A stretch of 64,000 nucleotides of DNA from the IMG/VR virus record IMGVR_UViG_3300023171_000012; one strand, written 5' to 3'. Position 1 is the first letter of the stretch. Each line of letters opens with the position of its first letter. Below the pieces are notes generated by a model. It was not told the origin of the DNA. It made no database searches and worked only from the letters and a program-made list of their open reading frames with translations. Of the stretch, positions 9,175 to 19,763 are shown one piece after another. This DNA comes from an uncultured virus (IMG/VR IMGVR_UViG_3300023171_000012) (lineage: Duplodnaviria; Heunggongvirae; Uroviricota; Caudoviricetes). The position numbers and the translations under genes were made by a program.

Positions 9175-10320
9175 ATGCCCACTGACACACTCGATCCCCT
9201 TGCCGTCGCTGCGGAAGAACTTGCTCCCGCACCTCCAACCACGAACTTTTTCGACCCTGCGGCTTCCCAGAACATCATCTCCCGCTACTCCAATTCGCGA
9301 ATTGGGATGCCGGAAGCCGAGGCTCTGGCCGGAGCTTCCTCGCGTCTTGCCAATTCCCGGCAGGACCGTATCCGTCAGTCTCGGCTCGACACGTCGTGGG
9401 ACCGGGACGAGGTGGACTATCAGGACAAGCAGGCGTTCAAGACCCAGCGTGGCGAGTTCCTCTCCCAAGTGGGACAGATCGACCCGACTGCGGATGACTA
9501 CCAAGATCAGCGGGACGCCCTGCTGAAGACCCTTCCACCGGAAGCGGTCAACGATGACGCTTTCCAAGCCATCCTCCATTCACGGGACGCCATTGCAAAA
9601 GACCGGATTGACAATCTTCAACAACAGGAATTGCAGAAGGAAGCCATCCGTGCGCGGGTGGCCGCTGCCAATTCACGGGTGATGTCCAAGTGGGCGGACA
9701 AGGGTTTGTCGCGTGAGAAGCTGGAGGAGTTCATTGATCCTGAAACGGGAGAAATCGACGAGTTCGCCGCAGGTGCTGCGGCAACCGCCGCCGAGCGTGA
9801 TTACAAAGCGGGCACCGTGGCCCAGGCGCAACAATTCAAGCGTGAGATGAAGGCCGAGAAAGACCTCACTGCTGCCGAAAAAGAACTTCGCAAGATCGCC
9901 CAGGAAAGCCTCGCCGACACCAAGGCGTTCGTCCCACAGACCGAAGCCCTGCGTGGCAAACTCGATCCATCGGGCAAACTGAAGAAAGCCGATCTCGAAG
10001 CGAAAGATCCGAAAGCTTTCGAGGAAGCCCGCAAGTGGGACAGCAACCAGTTCTTTTCCGAACTGGAGACCGCCCGTGACACCACGGAAGATGCCTACGT
10101 GGCGAAAGGCGGACCTAGCCTCACTGACGCGCAGAAGGCGAAACGCCGGACCCTGTGGCGTGCGGCCCAGTCATCTTACACCGCTGCTCCGGCGGCTGAA
10201 ACCGCCCCACCCGCAGCAAAACCCCTTGACCGCGAGACAGGGATGCAGCTTCTGAAAGAAGCAGGTGGTGACAAGAACAAGGCACGCGAGCTTGCCCGAG
10301 CTGCGGGATATACTTTCTGA
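9175..10320 (+). CDS. Putative internal virion (ejection) protein, helical
   Basis: 381 aa, A/E/K/D-rich, immediately before the giant ORF. Confidence 0.6.
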   Translation: MPTDTLDPLAVAAEELAPAPPTTNFFDPAASQNIISRYSNSRIGMPEAEALAGASSRLANSRQDRIRQSRLDTSWDRDEVDYQDKQAFKTQRGEFLSQVGQIDPTADDYQDQRDALLKTLPPEAVNDDAFQAILHSRDAIAKDRIDNLQQQELQKEAIRARVAAANSRVMSKWADKGLSREKLEEFIDPETGEIDEFAAGAAATAAERDYKAGTVAQAQQFKREMKAEKDLTAAEKELRKIAQESLADTKAFVPQTEALRGKLDPSGKLKKADLEAKDPKAFEEARKWDSNQFFSELETARDTTEDAYVAKGGPSLTDAQKAKRRTLWRAAQSSYTAAPAAETAPPAAKPLDRETGMQLLKEAGGDKNKARELARAAGYTF

Positions 10321-10355
10321 ATCGACATTTGGTTTAAACCGGGGAATCCTTCGCC

Positions 10356-13300
10356 ATGCCGGACCTTTTCGACCAGATTACAGATGAACCGAAGGCGGAC
10401 ATCTTCGATGAACTGGAGAAGCCGGACCTTTTTGACACACTGGAAGAAAGCCCTGCGCCCGTCTCAGAAGAGATGCTGGTGAATCCGATTGCGGAAGCTC
10501 CAGCCACCGATGACAGGCAGCGGTTGCGTTCCGAGTCGTTCAAGATGCTCAACACTTCCGACCGTCTGAGTCCGGCGGATCAGCGGAACATCGCCGACCC
10601 CGAATCCGGCGTCGTTGGTGAAACCCTCAAAACGGGTAAGAACATCCTCGGACGTGGTGCGGAGAAGCTCGGTTATGCTCTCGGTCTCTTCACCGAAAAG
10701 CTCGGCATGGGAACCGCTCCGGCGGAGACCCGTGTCATGAATGACGTGCTCGATGCGGACGTTGATCTGAAGAAAGCCTACGAGACTTCCACCGACCCAA
10801 GGCAGCGCGAGACGCTTGGCAACTTCGTCAAATACTTCGAAGGCAATGGTGTCACCGACGGCAAGGAGATGGCGAACACGCTCAAGGACTCCATCAAGGA
10901 GAACGTGTGGGACTCCACCTCCGACGATGACACCCGGAGTCTGAGCGATGGCTCGCTTCGCATCAATCCGAAGTTCGTGGCTCTTCCCGATGCGGAAGAG
11001 GGCATCAAGGCCATCCAAGCCGCCCCCATCAGCCAGGAAGAGAAAGACCAAGAGATTGAAAACTTCAGACAGAGCCGGGCAATCGCAGCGGCAAAGTTTG
11101 ACCAACAAACGAAGTCATATGACGCGGACTACCGGAAGCACGCCGAAGAGATGGCGGCGAAAGGTGTCACCGACCCTGAGAAGGTGTTCTACTCATGGGA
11201 TGGTCTCGACCGGAATTTCATCGAGAAAAGTTGGGATCTCATCCGGGATACTGGAGCGGAAACCGGACGCGGACTCTACCGCACCGCCGGAGGCATCAGC
11301 CTTGGAATCCGTAGCGGACTCGAAAAGCTCGGCATCGACCAATCCGAAGGCATGGCCTTGGACGCACGCAAGACCCTCGAAAGTGCGAAGAAAAGCCAGT
11401 ATGCGGAAGACATCGCCGCAGCTCGTGGTGAGGCTGGTCCCATCGCGGGCACTGTGAAGGATCTGGCAACTTCCGTCGGAGAGATGTCCCCCATGTTCGC
11501 GGGTGGCATTCTCGGTCGTGCCATTGGCGGAGGCGCGGAAGTCGCAGCCACCCGCCAGTTCCTTGGTGACGCCATCACCAAAGGATCGGTTTACGGCTGG
11601 GCCGGAGCACAGGGCTATGGCTCCATCATGGAGACGGCTTTGCAACAAGCCCAGCAGAAGGCGGCGGAAGAGGGCAGGGAAGTCACCGATGAGGAACTGG
11701 CTACGGCAGTCCGCAGCAACCAAGGTGCCGCACTCGCCAACGGGTTCCAGACCGCCATTCTCTCCAAGCTGTTGCCAGAAGGCAGTGAGAAAGCCGCGAT
11801 CACCGGACTCGCATCAAAGGCCGGACAGCTTTCCGGGCGAGACGTGTTCCAGTCCTTCACAAAGAAATATGGTGCCCAAGGCGTGAAGAAGGCCATCCAG
11901 TCTCTGAAACCAGAGCTGGTGCAATTTGCCAAGCAGGCATACACCACGGCGAAAGTCGGATTCAAGGATGAAGCTCTTGAGGAAGGCGTGAACCAGTTCT
12001 TGGAAGGCGTCATCACGAAGATCGGTGGAGTCGATCCCGACAAGACATGGGATCAGATCGGTCAGGAAACTTTCCAAGGAGCCTGGCAGGGCGGTCTGAT
12101 TGGTGGTGCCCTCCCAGTGGCAACGAAAACCTTCGCCCGCCCTTCTCCCGAGATCCAACAATCCCGGGAACTCATTGTCCAAGCCGCACCGTTGGCACCG
12201 GAGTCCGCCACTGCGGCCGCAGAAATTCAACCCGAAACAGAAAACACAGATGAACAGAACCCATCGTTGGAATTGCCCGTGTCAGGACTGCCTGAATCAG
12301 AACTTCTTCCAGAGAATGAAGGTGGCACCACTGCTGATGAAACACTTGAAGCTCCTGCGCCAATCGAAACAGATGGCGGAGATGGAAGCGGCAGTGATGC
12401 AGGAACAAATGGAACGCTACCGTCAGGAGAGAGCCTTCCGGCAAATGAGCCGATTAGCCAAGACACACTGAATGAAAACGAAACCACAAATCCGCCCCAA
12501 GCTACAACTCCGCAACCTGAGATCACCACAACAAGTGGCGAGTTGGCACTTGGTGGCCAAACAGCAGAGCCGGGAATTCGAGATGGAAGTCTTGAAGAAG
12601 GATCGACGGGCGGAACGCAACAAACCCTGAACACCAATGAAAGCCAAAACACAACCGCTATTCCCGATGCCGCAGCCCAATCTGTTCCATCGGGAGATTC
12701 TGACACGGTAGCCTTCCCTGAAGACTCCGGCACCCTCGGCATCCCACACAATGAGATGCCTCAGATCGCTGCGGAGAATCGTGGCGCGATGGTGCAGTTT
12801 CTCGACGCCCGGGGCATCCCTTCTTCCGAAGAGACGATTGCTCCGAGCGAACTGAAACCCTCCCAAGCGGAGTATTCACAGGAACGGGTGGACGCAGCCA
12901 AAGCCCGTGAGGGCGGAGACCGCGCCATCCTGATCTCTGCTGACAATCATGTCATCGACGGTCATCACCAGTGGGTGTCGGATCTTCAGGAAAACCCGGA
13001 TACCCCGATCCGGGTCATCCGTCTCGGTGCTCCGGCGGTGGACGTGATCGAAGCGGTCCGGCAGATGCCTTCTGCCACGGTGGACGACAGTTTGCCCACC
13101 ACCCCTCCGCCTACGGGTACAAGCGTTCCAGCCGATTCCACCCCCGATAGCCCACCACCCACCTTCGCAGGCGACTTCGCCACTGAGGAGCGGGAGCGTG
13201 CGGCAAAGAGTCTTCCACCAGCGCCTATCGTTGAGAAGTGGACGGAGAAGGGTACTTGGGAATCCGCGCTTGCCGCTGAAGCGAATCAGAAAGCGCAGAA

Positions 13301-16300
13301 CATCCCGACGACCGCTGGCTCCGCGCTGTTCGACCGCCTGCTGGCTGAGAACCGTTTCACCCTGACACCGGAAGAGCATGCGCTGATGGTGCATGAGATC
13401 ATGGTGCGGGATCAGACGATCAGCCGCAATTACACGGATCTGGCCAACCTGACGGCGGAACAGCCGCCGGGCGTCCGTCAAGCCGCCCAAGCCGCTGTCA
13501 AGAAGGCCCAGGGTGAGTATGACGACATCTGGACCTACATGCACCGTGTCGGGTCTGCTGCTGGCTCCGCGCTCCGCGCCAGGCAGATGCAGGTCAACAT
13601 GGACTTCTCTCTGGCGTCGATGATGCGGAACGCCCGGGCAAAGCTCAACCAGAACTCGACGGTGCCGCTGGACCTGTCGGAATCCCAGATTGCGGAGGTT
13701 CTCGCCCTGCACGAGGCCATCCGTCAGGGGGAAGCCCGGGAGGAAGCTCTGATGGGTGATGTCAGCGAGCTTACCGAAATGGTGGAGCGTCTCACCAAGG
13801 ATGTGGAAGCCGCGCAGGCGAAAGTCTCTGCCCGTGATCTCAAGTCGAAATCCAAGATCAAGAAGATCCTCGATCCGAAGGTGGCGGAAGCAAAACGCCG
13901 TCTTTTGGAACGCGGCCGCATCTCACTGGCGAATGCCCTCAAACCCGAAGAGGGGAAGGTTTACTCCGGTGTCTCCACCGAAGTGCTGGAGGATCTCCGC
14001 GATGTCTCGATCATGGCTGCTGGCTGGCTGGTGGACAAGACCTACGATCTTGCAGAGTTCACCAACCGTCTCGGTCAGGATTTCGGTTCATGGGTCTTGG
14101 AGCACGCGGAGCAGGTCTTCGGCGACTCCCAGCAGATCTATTTCGAAACGGCGGAATCGGTGCAAGGGCGTCAGGCTCCGAAGGCGGAAGACATCATCGC
14201 CGCACTCGACGGCACCGAACCGCTGGACCGCAAGGACGTGTTCCGTCTTGCCCGGGCCTTCGTGATCGGCGGGAAGCGCGGCAACAACGTGCTCGATGAG
14301 GTCCACACGGCACTCCTCCCCACTTATCCCGAGTTGACCCGTGAGCAGGTCGCCACTCTCTTCACGGATTATGGCAAAGTCACCTACCCTTCGAAAGAGG
14401 AAGTCCCGAAGGAACTCAGCCGTGTCCGCAATCTGGAGCGTATCGCTCTCAAGCTGCAAGACCTCCGCTCCGGCAAGCCGCCGCTCCGCACGGGATTCCA
14501 ACGTGGAGAGCAGGACGCCGAGATCCGCGAATTGGAGAAGCAGTTCCGCCAGGAACTGAAAGACTCCGGCCTTGTGGTGGAGGATTCCGAGGCCCAGCTC
14601 CAGACCGCTCTCGGTGCCGCCAAGCGTCGGATGGAGAACGAGATCGAAGAGCTGCAACGTGCGCTGGATCGCGGCCAGCCCCGGACCGCGAACACCTCCA
14701 CCTTGGAATATGATGAAGAAGCCCTCGCACTCAGGTCCGAGCTTGAGGCGAAGCGGGCGGAGTATGCCACTGCTTTCGACAAGGGTATGACGCCCGAGAA
14801 GCGCGTCGAACAACTACTGAAATCGCTCGACCGCCAGATCGCGGAAGAGGATCGCATGCTTACTGATGGAGTGCTGAAACGTCCTAAAGGTGAACCACTT
14901 CCATCGTCGACGGAAATCGAAGAACGCCGCCGGATTCTCGCTGAAAAACGTCAAAACCGCCGTGACCTTTACGAGGCCACGAACCCGGAGAACACCGCTC
15001 TGCAACAAGCCAAGGACTCCGCCCAGAAGTCCATCGAACGGCTGCAAGCGTTGGTGGTCTCCAATGCGGCTGCGGTGAAGGAAAAGAAGACGATCAACCC
15101 GGATGCCGAGCTTCAGGCTCTCTGGGATGCCCGGGAAACTTTGCAGGACGAAGTGGCCGAGATCCGCCGTGCCCAACCCCTCACCAGTGGGCGGGAAGCC
15201 GAACAGATCAAGGTGGCCTTGAAGAATTCCCAGGATCTTCTCAAAACGCTGGAGTCGAAGCTGGCCAAGAACGATCTCACGGTCGCACCGAAGAAAGTCA
15301 GCCCGGCATCCCGTGACATCGCCGTGCGGGCGGTGCGGGAGCAGATTCGCCAGTTGAACAATGAACTGAACCGCCGCCGTCGGGTTGCCGCCGCTCAGGC
15401 ACGCACCGACGCGGGGCTTCCGGTTGCCATCAAGGCTGTCCGGCTGAAACGCCAGATCGAAGCCATCCGCAAACGGAGCGCGGAACTGGAACGCCGAATC
15501 AAGGAGAAGGATGTCAGCCGCAAGGCCAAGCCCGCACCATTGGTGAGCCGGACCCTTCGTCAGGAACGTTACAAGAACGACAAGCTCAAGGCCGAGTTCT
15601 CAGAGATGACGGGCAAACTTGTCCTCCAAGGCTCCATTGGTGCCCGCGCCAAGTATGCCCTCCTCGGCACCGCGAACGCCATCAAGGTTCTCACTCTCAG
15701 CGGCGACCTTGGCGTCGTCCTGCGCCAACTGGGCACCACCTACGCCGCTGGTATCGCTGACGCGTCCATGTTCGCCCGCATCGCCCTTCCCGGCACCCGT
15801 GCGAAGGCCCAGGCGGAGTATGACCGCAGGGGTTCCCGGCTGGCCAACGTGTTGAAGACCGGCACCCGTGCTTTCTTTGACGAGAGCGTCGAGCACACCA
15901 TCTACGAACAGATCCGAACCCGTGCAGGCTCGGAGTTCGATAGCGTCGGCGGCACCAAGGTTCATTTCGCGCCTCCATTCGACACCTTCGACTCCCAGAA
16001 GGAAGACATCCCCCGGGCCGACCTCATCAAGTCCCTCCCATGGTGGATCTGGCCCGCACTCGTCGGCACAAAGTGGGCGGCGTTCGGGATGTCTCCACCA
16101 TTGGCTGTCGGACTGATCGCCGTCTCCGCGCTCCGCAAACCTGCGATGCTCGCCCTCGACCGTGCCCAACGCTCGATGACGAACGCCTCCCGTGCCGCGT
16201 GGCTCGACGAGATGCGGTTCCACGCCTCGCTGGACGGAACGAAGACCCTCAACGCCGATGACCACGCGCTGATGAACAACGCCATCATGGTGGCGACCGG

Positions 16301-17108
16301 GCGTGGCCAGATCAAAGCTCTGGACAACACGGTGCCGACACTGAACTACCTGCTCAACGCTCCCCGGTTCTACTTCTCCCGTCTCCAGGCGATGACGTTG
16401 CAGCCTTTGTGGAAGGGTGCTCTCGGCGGCGACGGTCACACCGCAGCGGCACAGACCCGTGCGGAGATTGCCAAGATGTATGGTCTCTCTGTCACCGGCC
16501 GCGCCATCGTGCTGGTGATGGCCGCGCTGATGCTCGGCAAGTTCGACGATGAGAAAGAGGATCTCGCTTTCGTGTGGAACCCATATTCACCGGATTTCGG
16601 ACGCCTGCGGGTGAACGACGACATCAAGCTCGACACCATGTCCGGTTTCAACGGTTTCATCAGCATCACCGCCCGCTATGCGGCCAAGAAGCGTCTGGAG
16701 AAAGACGGAACCTACACGGTGCTGGGCGGAGGCTTCTCGAACAACGTCAACCAGGAGGTGGCAAATTTCCTCTCCACCAAGCGCAACATCCTGCTCTCCT
16801 TCCTCGCCAACGCGCACGCCGGGGCATTCTTCGGCGGCAAGAAGGTCACACGCGAATCCGCGCTGGAGCAGGCGACGACCGCGATCATCACCAACGATCT
16901 GGTGAAGGTCTATCAGGAACTCGGCCCGGTCCAAGGAACGGCGTTCGCAACCCTGATGTTCGGTGGTGCCGGAACCGTGGTGCGCCCGAACGAGGACGAA
17001 CTTGAGAAACTGAAAGAAGACCGCACCGCGATTCGCCTTGAAGAACAAGAGCGCGAGCGCGAGCTTAACGAAGGCCGGGACGAGAACTCCGGCGTATTGA
17101 AACTCTGA
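10356..17108 (+). CDS. Giant internal virion / DNA-ejection protein (2250 aa) with ParB/Srx-like domain and long coiled coil
   Basis: Single long ORF; LKPSQ...ILISADNHVIDGHHQW ParB-like motif near 12850-13030; extensive coiled-coil region. Confidence 0.75.
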   Translation: MPDLFDQITDEPKADIFDELEKPDLFDTLEESPAPVSEEMLVNPIAEAPATDDRQRLRSESFKMLNTSDRLSPADQRNIADPESGVVGETLKTGKNILGRGAEKLGYALGLFTEKLGMGTAPAETRVMNDVLDADVDLKKAYETSTDPRQRETLGNFVKYFEGNGVTDGKEMANTLKDSIKENVWDSTSDDDTRSLSDGSLRINPKFVALPDAEEGIKAIQAAPISQEEKDQEIENFRQSRAIAAAKFDQQTKSYDADYRKHAEEMAAKGVTDPEKVFYSWDGLDRNFIEKSWDLIRDTGAETGRGLYRTAGGISLGIRSGLEKLGIDQSEGMALDARKTLESAKKSQYAEDIAAARGEAGPIAGTVKDLATSVGEMSPMFAGGILGRAIGGGAEVAATRQFLGDAITKGSVYGWAGAQGYGSIMETALQQAQQKAAEEGREVTDEELATAVRSNQGAALANGFQTAILSKLLPEGSEKAAITGLASKAGQLSGRDVFQSFTKKYGAQGVKKAIQSLKPELVQFAKQAYTTAKVGFKDEALEEGVNQFLEGVITKIGGVDPDKTWDQIGQETFQGAWQGGLIGGALPVATKTFARPSPEIQQSRELIVQAAPLAPESATAAAEIQPETENTDEQNPSLELPVSGLPESELLPENEGGTTADETLEAPAPIETDGGDGSGSDAGTNGTLPSGESLPANEPISQDTLNENETTNPPQATTPQPEITTTSGELALGGQTAEPGIRDGSLEEGSTGGTQQTLNTNESQNTTAIPDAAAQSVPSGDSDTVAFPEDSGTLGIPHNEMPQIAAENRGAMVQFLDARGIPSSEETIAPSELKPSQAEYSQERVDAAKAREGGDRAILISADNHVIDGHHQWVSDLQENPDTPIRVIRLGAPAVDVIEAVRQMPSATVDDSLPTTPPPTGTSVPADSTPDSPPPTFAGDFATEERERAAKSLPPAPIVEKWTEKGTWESALAAEANQKAQNIPTTAGSALFDRLLAENRFTLTPEEHALMVHEIMVRDQTISRNYTDLANLTAEQPPGVRQAAQAAVKKAQGEYDDIWTYMHRVGSAAGSALRARQMQVNMDFSLASMMRNARAKLNQNSTVPLDLSESQIAEVLALHEAIRQGEAREEALMGDVSELTEMVERLTKDVEAAQAKVSARDLKSKSKIKKILDPKVAEAKRRLLERGRISLANALKPEEGKVYSGVSTEVLEDLRDVSIMAAGWLVDKTYDLAEFTNRLGQDFGSWVLEHAEQVFGDSQQIYFETAESVQGRQAPKAEDIIAALDGTEPLDRKDVFRLARAFVIGGKRGNNVLDEVHTALLPTYPELTREQVATLFTDYGKVTYPSKEEVPKELSRVRNLERIALKLQDLRSGKPPLRTGFQRGEQDAEIRELEKQFRQELKDSGLVVEDSEAQLQTALGAAKRRMENEIEELQRALDRGQPRTANTSTLEYDEEALALRSELEAKRAEYATAFDKGMTPEKRVEQLLKSLDRQIAEEDRMLTDGVLKRPKGEPLPSSTEIEERRRILAEKRQNRRDLYEATNPENTALQQAKDSAQKSIERLQALVVSNAAAVKEKKTINPDAELQALWDARETLQDEVAEIRRAQPLTSGREAEQIKVALKNSQDLLKTLESKLAKNDLTVAPKKVSPASRDIAVRAVREQIRQLNNELNRRRRVAAAQARTDAGLPVAIKAVRLKRQIEAIRKRSAELERRIKEKDVSRKAKPAPLVSRTLRQERYKNDKLKAEFSEMTGKLVLQGSIGARAKYALLGTANAIKVLTLSGDLGVVLRQLGTTYAAGIADASMFARIALPGTRAKAQAEYDRRGSRLANVLKTGTRAFFDESVEHTIYEQIRTRAGSEFDSVGGTKVHFAPPFDTFDSQKEDIPRADLIKSLPWWIWPALVGTKWAAFGMSPPLAVGLIAVSALRKPAMLALDRAQRSMTNASRAAWLDEMRFHASLDGTKTLNADDHALMNNAIMVATGRGQIKALDNTVPTLNYLLNAPRFYFSRLQAMTLQPLWKGALGGDGHTAAAQTRAEIAKMYGLSVTGRAIVLVMAALMLGKFDDEKEDLAFVWNPYSPDFGRLRVNDDIKLDTMSGFNGFISITARYAAKKRLEKDGTYTVLGGGFSNNVNQEVANFLSTKRNILLSFLANAHAGAFFGGKKVTRESALEQATTAIITNDLVKVYQELGPVQGTAFATLMFGGAGTVVRPNEDELEKLKEDRTAIRLEEQERERELNEGRDENSGVLKL

Positions 17109-17109
17109 C

Positions 17110-17718
17110 ATGAACCTGCTCACCGTAACCCGCGACATGGAATCCCCTCCAGGGGGTTGGAAATACACCGTACCGGAGACGGGCCTTCTGATTACCGGAC
17201 CCTACGCCCACATCCTGAAAAGACGGGTATTGAACCACATGCGGGCGAACTCCCTGCCGATTCCCGATGACGCGGTTCTGGTGGACGCCATCTGCCGCGA
17301 GAGCAACCATGGTGCCCCGTTCTGCGGCGGAGCGTTGCCGGAAGCCCCCGTCGGCATCCCCGGGATGACCTGGGGCCAGGCGAAACGGTTCATCGCCACC
17401 ATTCTCGAAGTGGCGAAAGACCGCAAATTCGTCAGCAAGGAAGAGGCCGAGCGGCGGGCGGCGATATGCGCGGGCTGTGTGTATTCCCAAAATATAAGCG
17501 GATGCAAAGGGTGTGCATCCGCTTTCCGACAAGCGGCGAAGTTCATCCGGGGGAGAGAAATACCTCTGCCTAAGCATCAAGAATTCTGCGCGAAGTGTGG
17601 CTGCTATTTGCCTCTTAAATCACTAATACCTAACGAGGTGCTGAATAGAGCAGAACAAGGATCAGTGGAATATCCCGATCACTGTTGGAGACTTCAGCCG
17701 GACGAGGTGTCCACATAA
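17110..17718 (+). CDS. Cys-rich hypothetical protein (putative Zn-binding)
   Basis: CAGC, GCKGC, CAKCGC and CW motifs. Confidence 0.65.
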   Translation: MNLLTVTRDMESPPGGWKYTVPETGLLITGPYAHILKRRVLNHMRANSLPIPDDAVLVDAICRESNHGAPFCGGALPEAPVGIPGMTWGQAKRFIATILEVAKDRKFVSKEEAERRAAICAGCVYSQNISGCKGCASAFRQAAKFIRGREIPLPKHQEFCAKCGCYLPLKSLIPNEVLNRAEQGSVEYPDHCWRLQPDEVST

Positions 17719-18038
17719 ACGTTTTTGTGATCGTCCATTCTTTCATGCCAAGGCGGCATGTCGGCGCATGCGTACGTGTCAAATTTCAGAATTGAGTAAT
17801 CAACGATGAAACCGCCGACAAATGCTCCACTTTTCACCTCGGGCAAATTGTGCAACCACTCTTGCAGCTTCCACAGAGTATCTTGCTCACATTTCTTCCT
17901 GGAATCTCTGACTGTGGTTTCGATCAGAAGGGTGGCATGTAATATCAGACCGAGATACTTCTCATTTTCTGAGGTGATGACCGCCAGTTGGTTGTAGGAG
18001 ATCTTGTTGATGACTCCGCAATATCGAATGGTGCTCAT
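17694..18038 (-). CDS. Hypothetical protein
   Basis: 114-aa ORF, last gene of the minus-strand operon. Confidence 0.5.
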   Translation of the reverse strand: MSTIRYCGVINKISYNQLAVITSENEKYLGLILHATLLIETTVRDSRKKCEQDTLWKLQEWLHNLPEVKSGAFVGGFIVDYSILKFDTYACADMPPWHERMDDHKNVYVDTSSG

Positions 18039-18044
18039 GATAAT

Positions 18045-18863
18045 TTATTTTGGTGACACCCACAGGCATTCCGTGCGCCGGGTGAGACTCATGTTCGCCC
18101 GGTAGTCCTTGGAGATCTTGGTGTAGCCCACGTCTTCGAGAATGGAGTATTCCGGGCAGTCGTAGCCCGACAACACCACCTTCGATTTGCAGGTGAGAAT
18201 GGTATTTATCAATTCCTCGTGCGCGGTGAATTCCACAGCGTAGCGCGTGCCTGACCGTGTTTCGTGATGGTAGGGTGGGTCGATGTAAAGAAGTGTCTCC
18301 GACGAGTCCATCAACCGGATGAACTCCAAGGCATCTTTTTCATAGATCATCACGTTCGCCAGCCGCTCACGAATGGCCCCGACAGCCTCCTTCCAGTTGC
18401 TCCAATCTTTCGCGCAATTTCGGAACGTCCGCTTTCCGCCCTTGTCAAGACGCCCGAGATCGACGTTGCCCATGCGGAAGCCAGAGGCGGAGCCAGTGGT
18501 TCCAGCGACCTCAATGCCCATGAACGAGCGCACCAGCATGCGGCGGGCACGCTCCACAGGATCGTCCGTATGCTCCCGGGAATTCTGTAATTCCACCTGT
18601 GCGTATGGCGTCCAAGAGAGGACACGCTCCAGTTCATCTCCGAGGTCTTTGTCACGCATCACGGAGAACAGGTTCACGATGTCGCGGTTCAGGTCATTGA
18701 TGATTTCACCGCCGGGAGCCGGGTCTTTTGCGAGAAGCACAGAAGCAGCTCCGGCGAACGGCTCGGCGTAGAACTGGTGAGGGTGGAGGTGCGGAAGTAT
18801 CCAATTCTTAAGCTGCCACTTGCCACCGAAATGGCGAAGGATAGGACGGGTCACTTTCTTCAT
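18045..18863 (-). CDS. dam: DNA adenine methyltransferase (D12/Dam class)
   Basis: FGGK, EPFAGAASV, IND and YIDPPY motifs. Confidence 0.9.
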   Translation of the reverse strand: MKKVTRPILRHFGGKWQLKNWILPHLHPHQFYAEPFAGAASVLLAKDPAPGGEIINDLNRDIVNLFSVMRDKDLGDELERVLSWTPYAQVELQNSREHTDDPVERARRMLVRSFMGIEVAGTTGSASGFRMGNVDLGRLDKGGKRTFRNCAKDWSNWKEAVGAIRERLANVMIYEKDALEFIRLMDSSETLLYIDPPYHHETRSGTRYAVEFTAHEELINTILTCKSKVVLSGYDCPEYSILEDVGYTKISKDYRANMSLTRRTECLWVSPK

Positions 18864-19075
18864 GCGTCCAGTTCCTGATAAGTGTAAGTCTTCGGAGCGA
18901 AACCCGCGCACTTGACGGTGATGGTCTGCGCGTCTTCGTCCATCACCATTTTCAGGCGGCTTCCTTCCGGTAGGTCGTGCTCTTCACGGTATTTCTCCGT
19001 GACTACGGCGACGCGCTTCACTGTGCAGGCAATGCACAGCTTCGGTTCAATGGGTGCTTCGGCGAATGAGATCAT
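18860..19075 (-). CDS. Hypothetical protein
   Basis: ATGA-coupled at both ends. Confidence 0.55.
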   Translation of the reverse strand: MISFAEAPIEPKLCIACTVKRVAVVTEKYREEHDLPEGSRLKMVMDEDAQTITVKCAGFAPKTYTYQELDA

Positions 19076-19578
19076 GGCGTGGGTAGTTTGGATCTGTCAT
19101 CCACCAGTGTTCCACATTTGATGGCATCCATGAGGATGTTGCACGAAGCGGCAATGTGGGCCAGGTGGCTGATTGTGGACTCCGGGTCGAGGTCTTCACC
19201 ATCCTGCCACGCTCCGAGATGTCTCCTCATTGCCGAAACATAGGTAGTGGCGCAGACGTTGTTGGATCGCCAGTTGAAGGCTCCATATTTTTCTTGGCCA
19301 AGTTTGTGGACCCACGCGGTCTGTTCCATCGCAACAGGCGGGAGTAGGTGGAGTGGTGCTTTCTTGGCACCATTTGCGCCTTTCGGATCGCTGGAGGGTG
19401 TTGTAATTTCGGGCGTAACTTCAAGAAGACACCGCCATACTTCGAGACCCAGACGTTCTATTGACACGACTGAGTACATCTGTACGCCATAAGTCTGATT
19501 GCTACCTATGGCAGGCTCGGAGGGCAGATTCAACGAGTATTCTTCTCCGTATGGCAATCTAAAAATATACAAGTTCAT
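19072..19578 (-). CDS. dATP/dGTP diphosphohydrolase-like protein (DUF5664)
   Basis: K.PL.LLP...G..KYG..NW...Y..A..RHL..W..GED.DPES...HLAH pattern. Confidence 0.8.
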   Translation of the reverse strand: MNLYIFRLPYGEEYSLNLPSEPAIGSNQTYGVQMYSVVSIERLGLEVWRCLLEVTPEITTPSSDPKGANGAKKAPLHLLPPVAMEQTAWVHKLGQEKYGAFNWRSNNVCATTYVSAMRRHLGAWQDGEDLDPESTISHLAHIAASCNILMDAIKCGTLVDDRSKLPTP

Positions 19579-19763
19579 TTCTTCACCTCCGTCTTTTTCC
19601 GGCAGATCACTTTCCGTTTCAAACGGTCCTCGCCGACTCTGAAATCAGTGCCTTCCATCTGTTTGATTACCTTCTGGAGAAGGGCGTATTCGTGGTGCTC
19701 GTAAGGCTCGGTGATTGGCTCATAGCCTGCGGCCTTGAGCTGCTCCAGTGGGTAGATTCTCAC
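19575..19763 (-). CDS. Hypothetical protein (GTG start)
   Basis: GTGA overlap with the HD gene stop; stop coupled to next ATG. Confidence 0.5.
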   Translation of the reverse strand: MRIYPLEQLKAAGYEPITEPYEHHEYALLQKVIKQMEGTDFRVGEDRLKRKVICRKKTEVKK

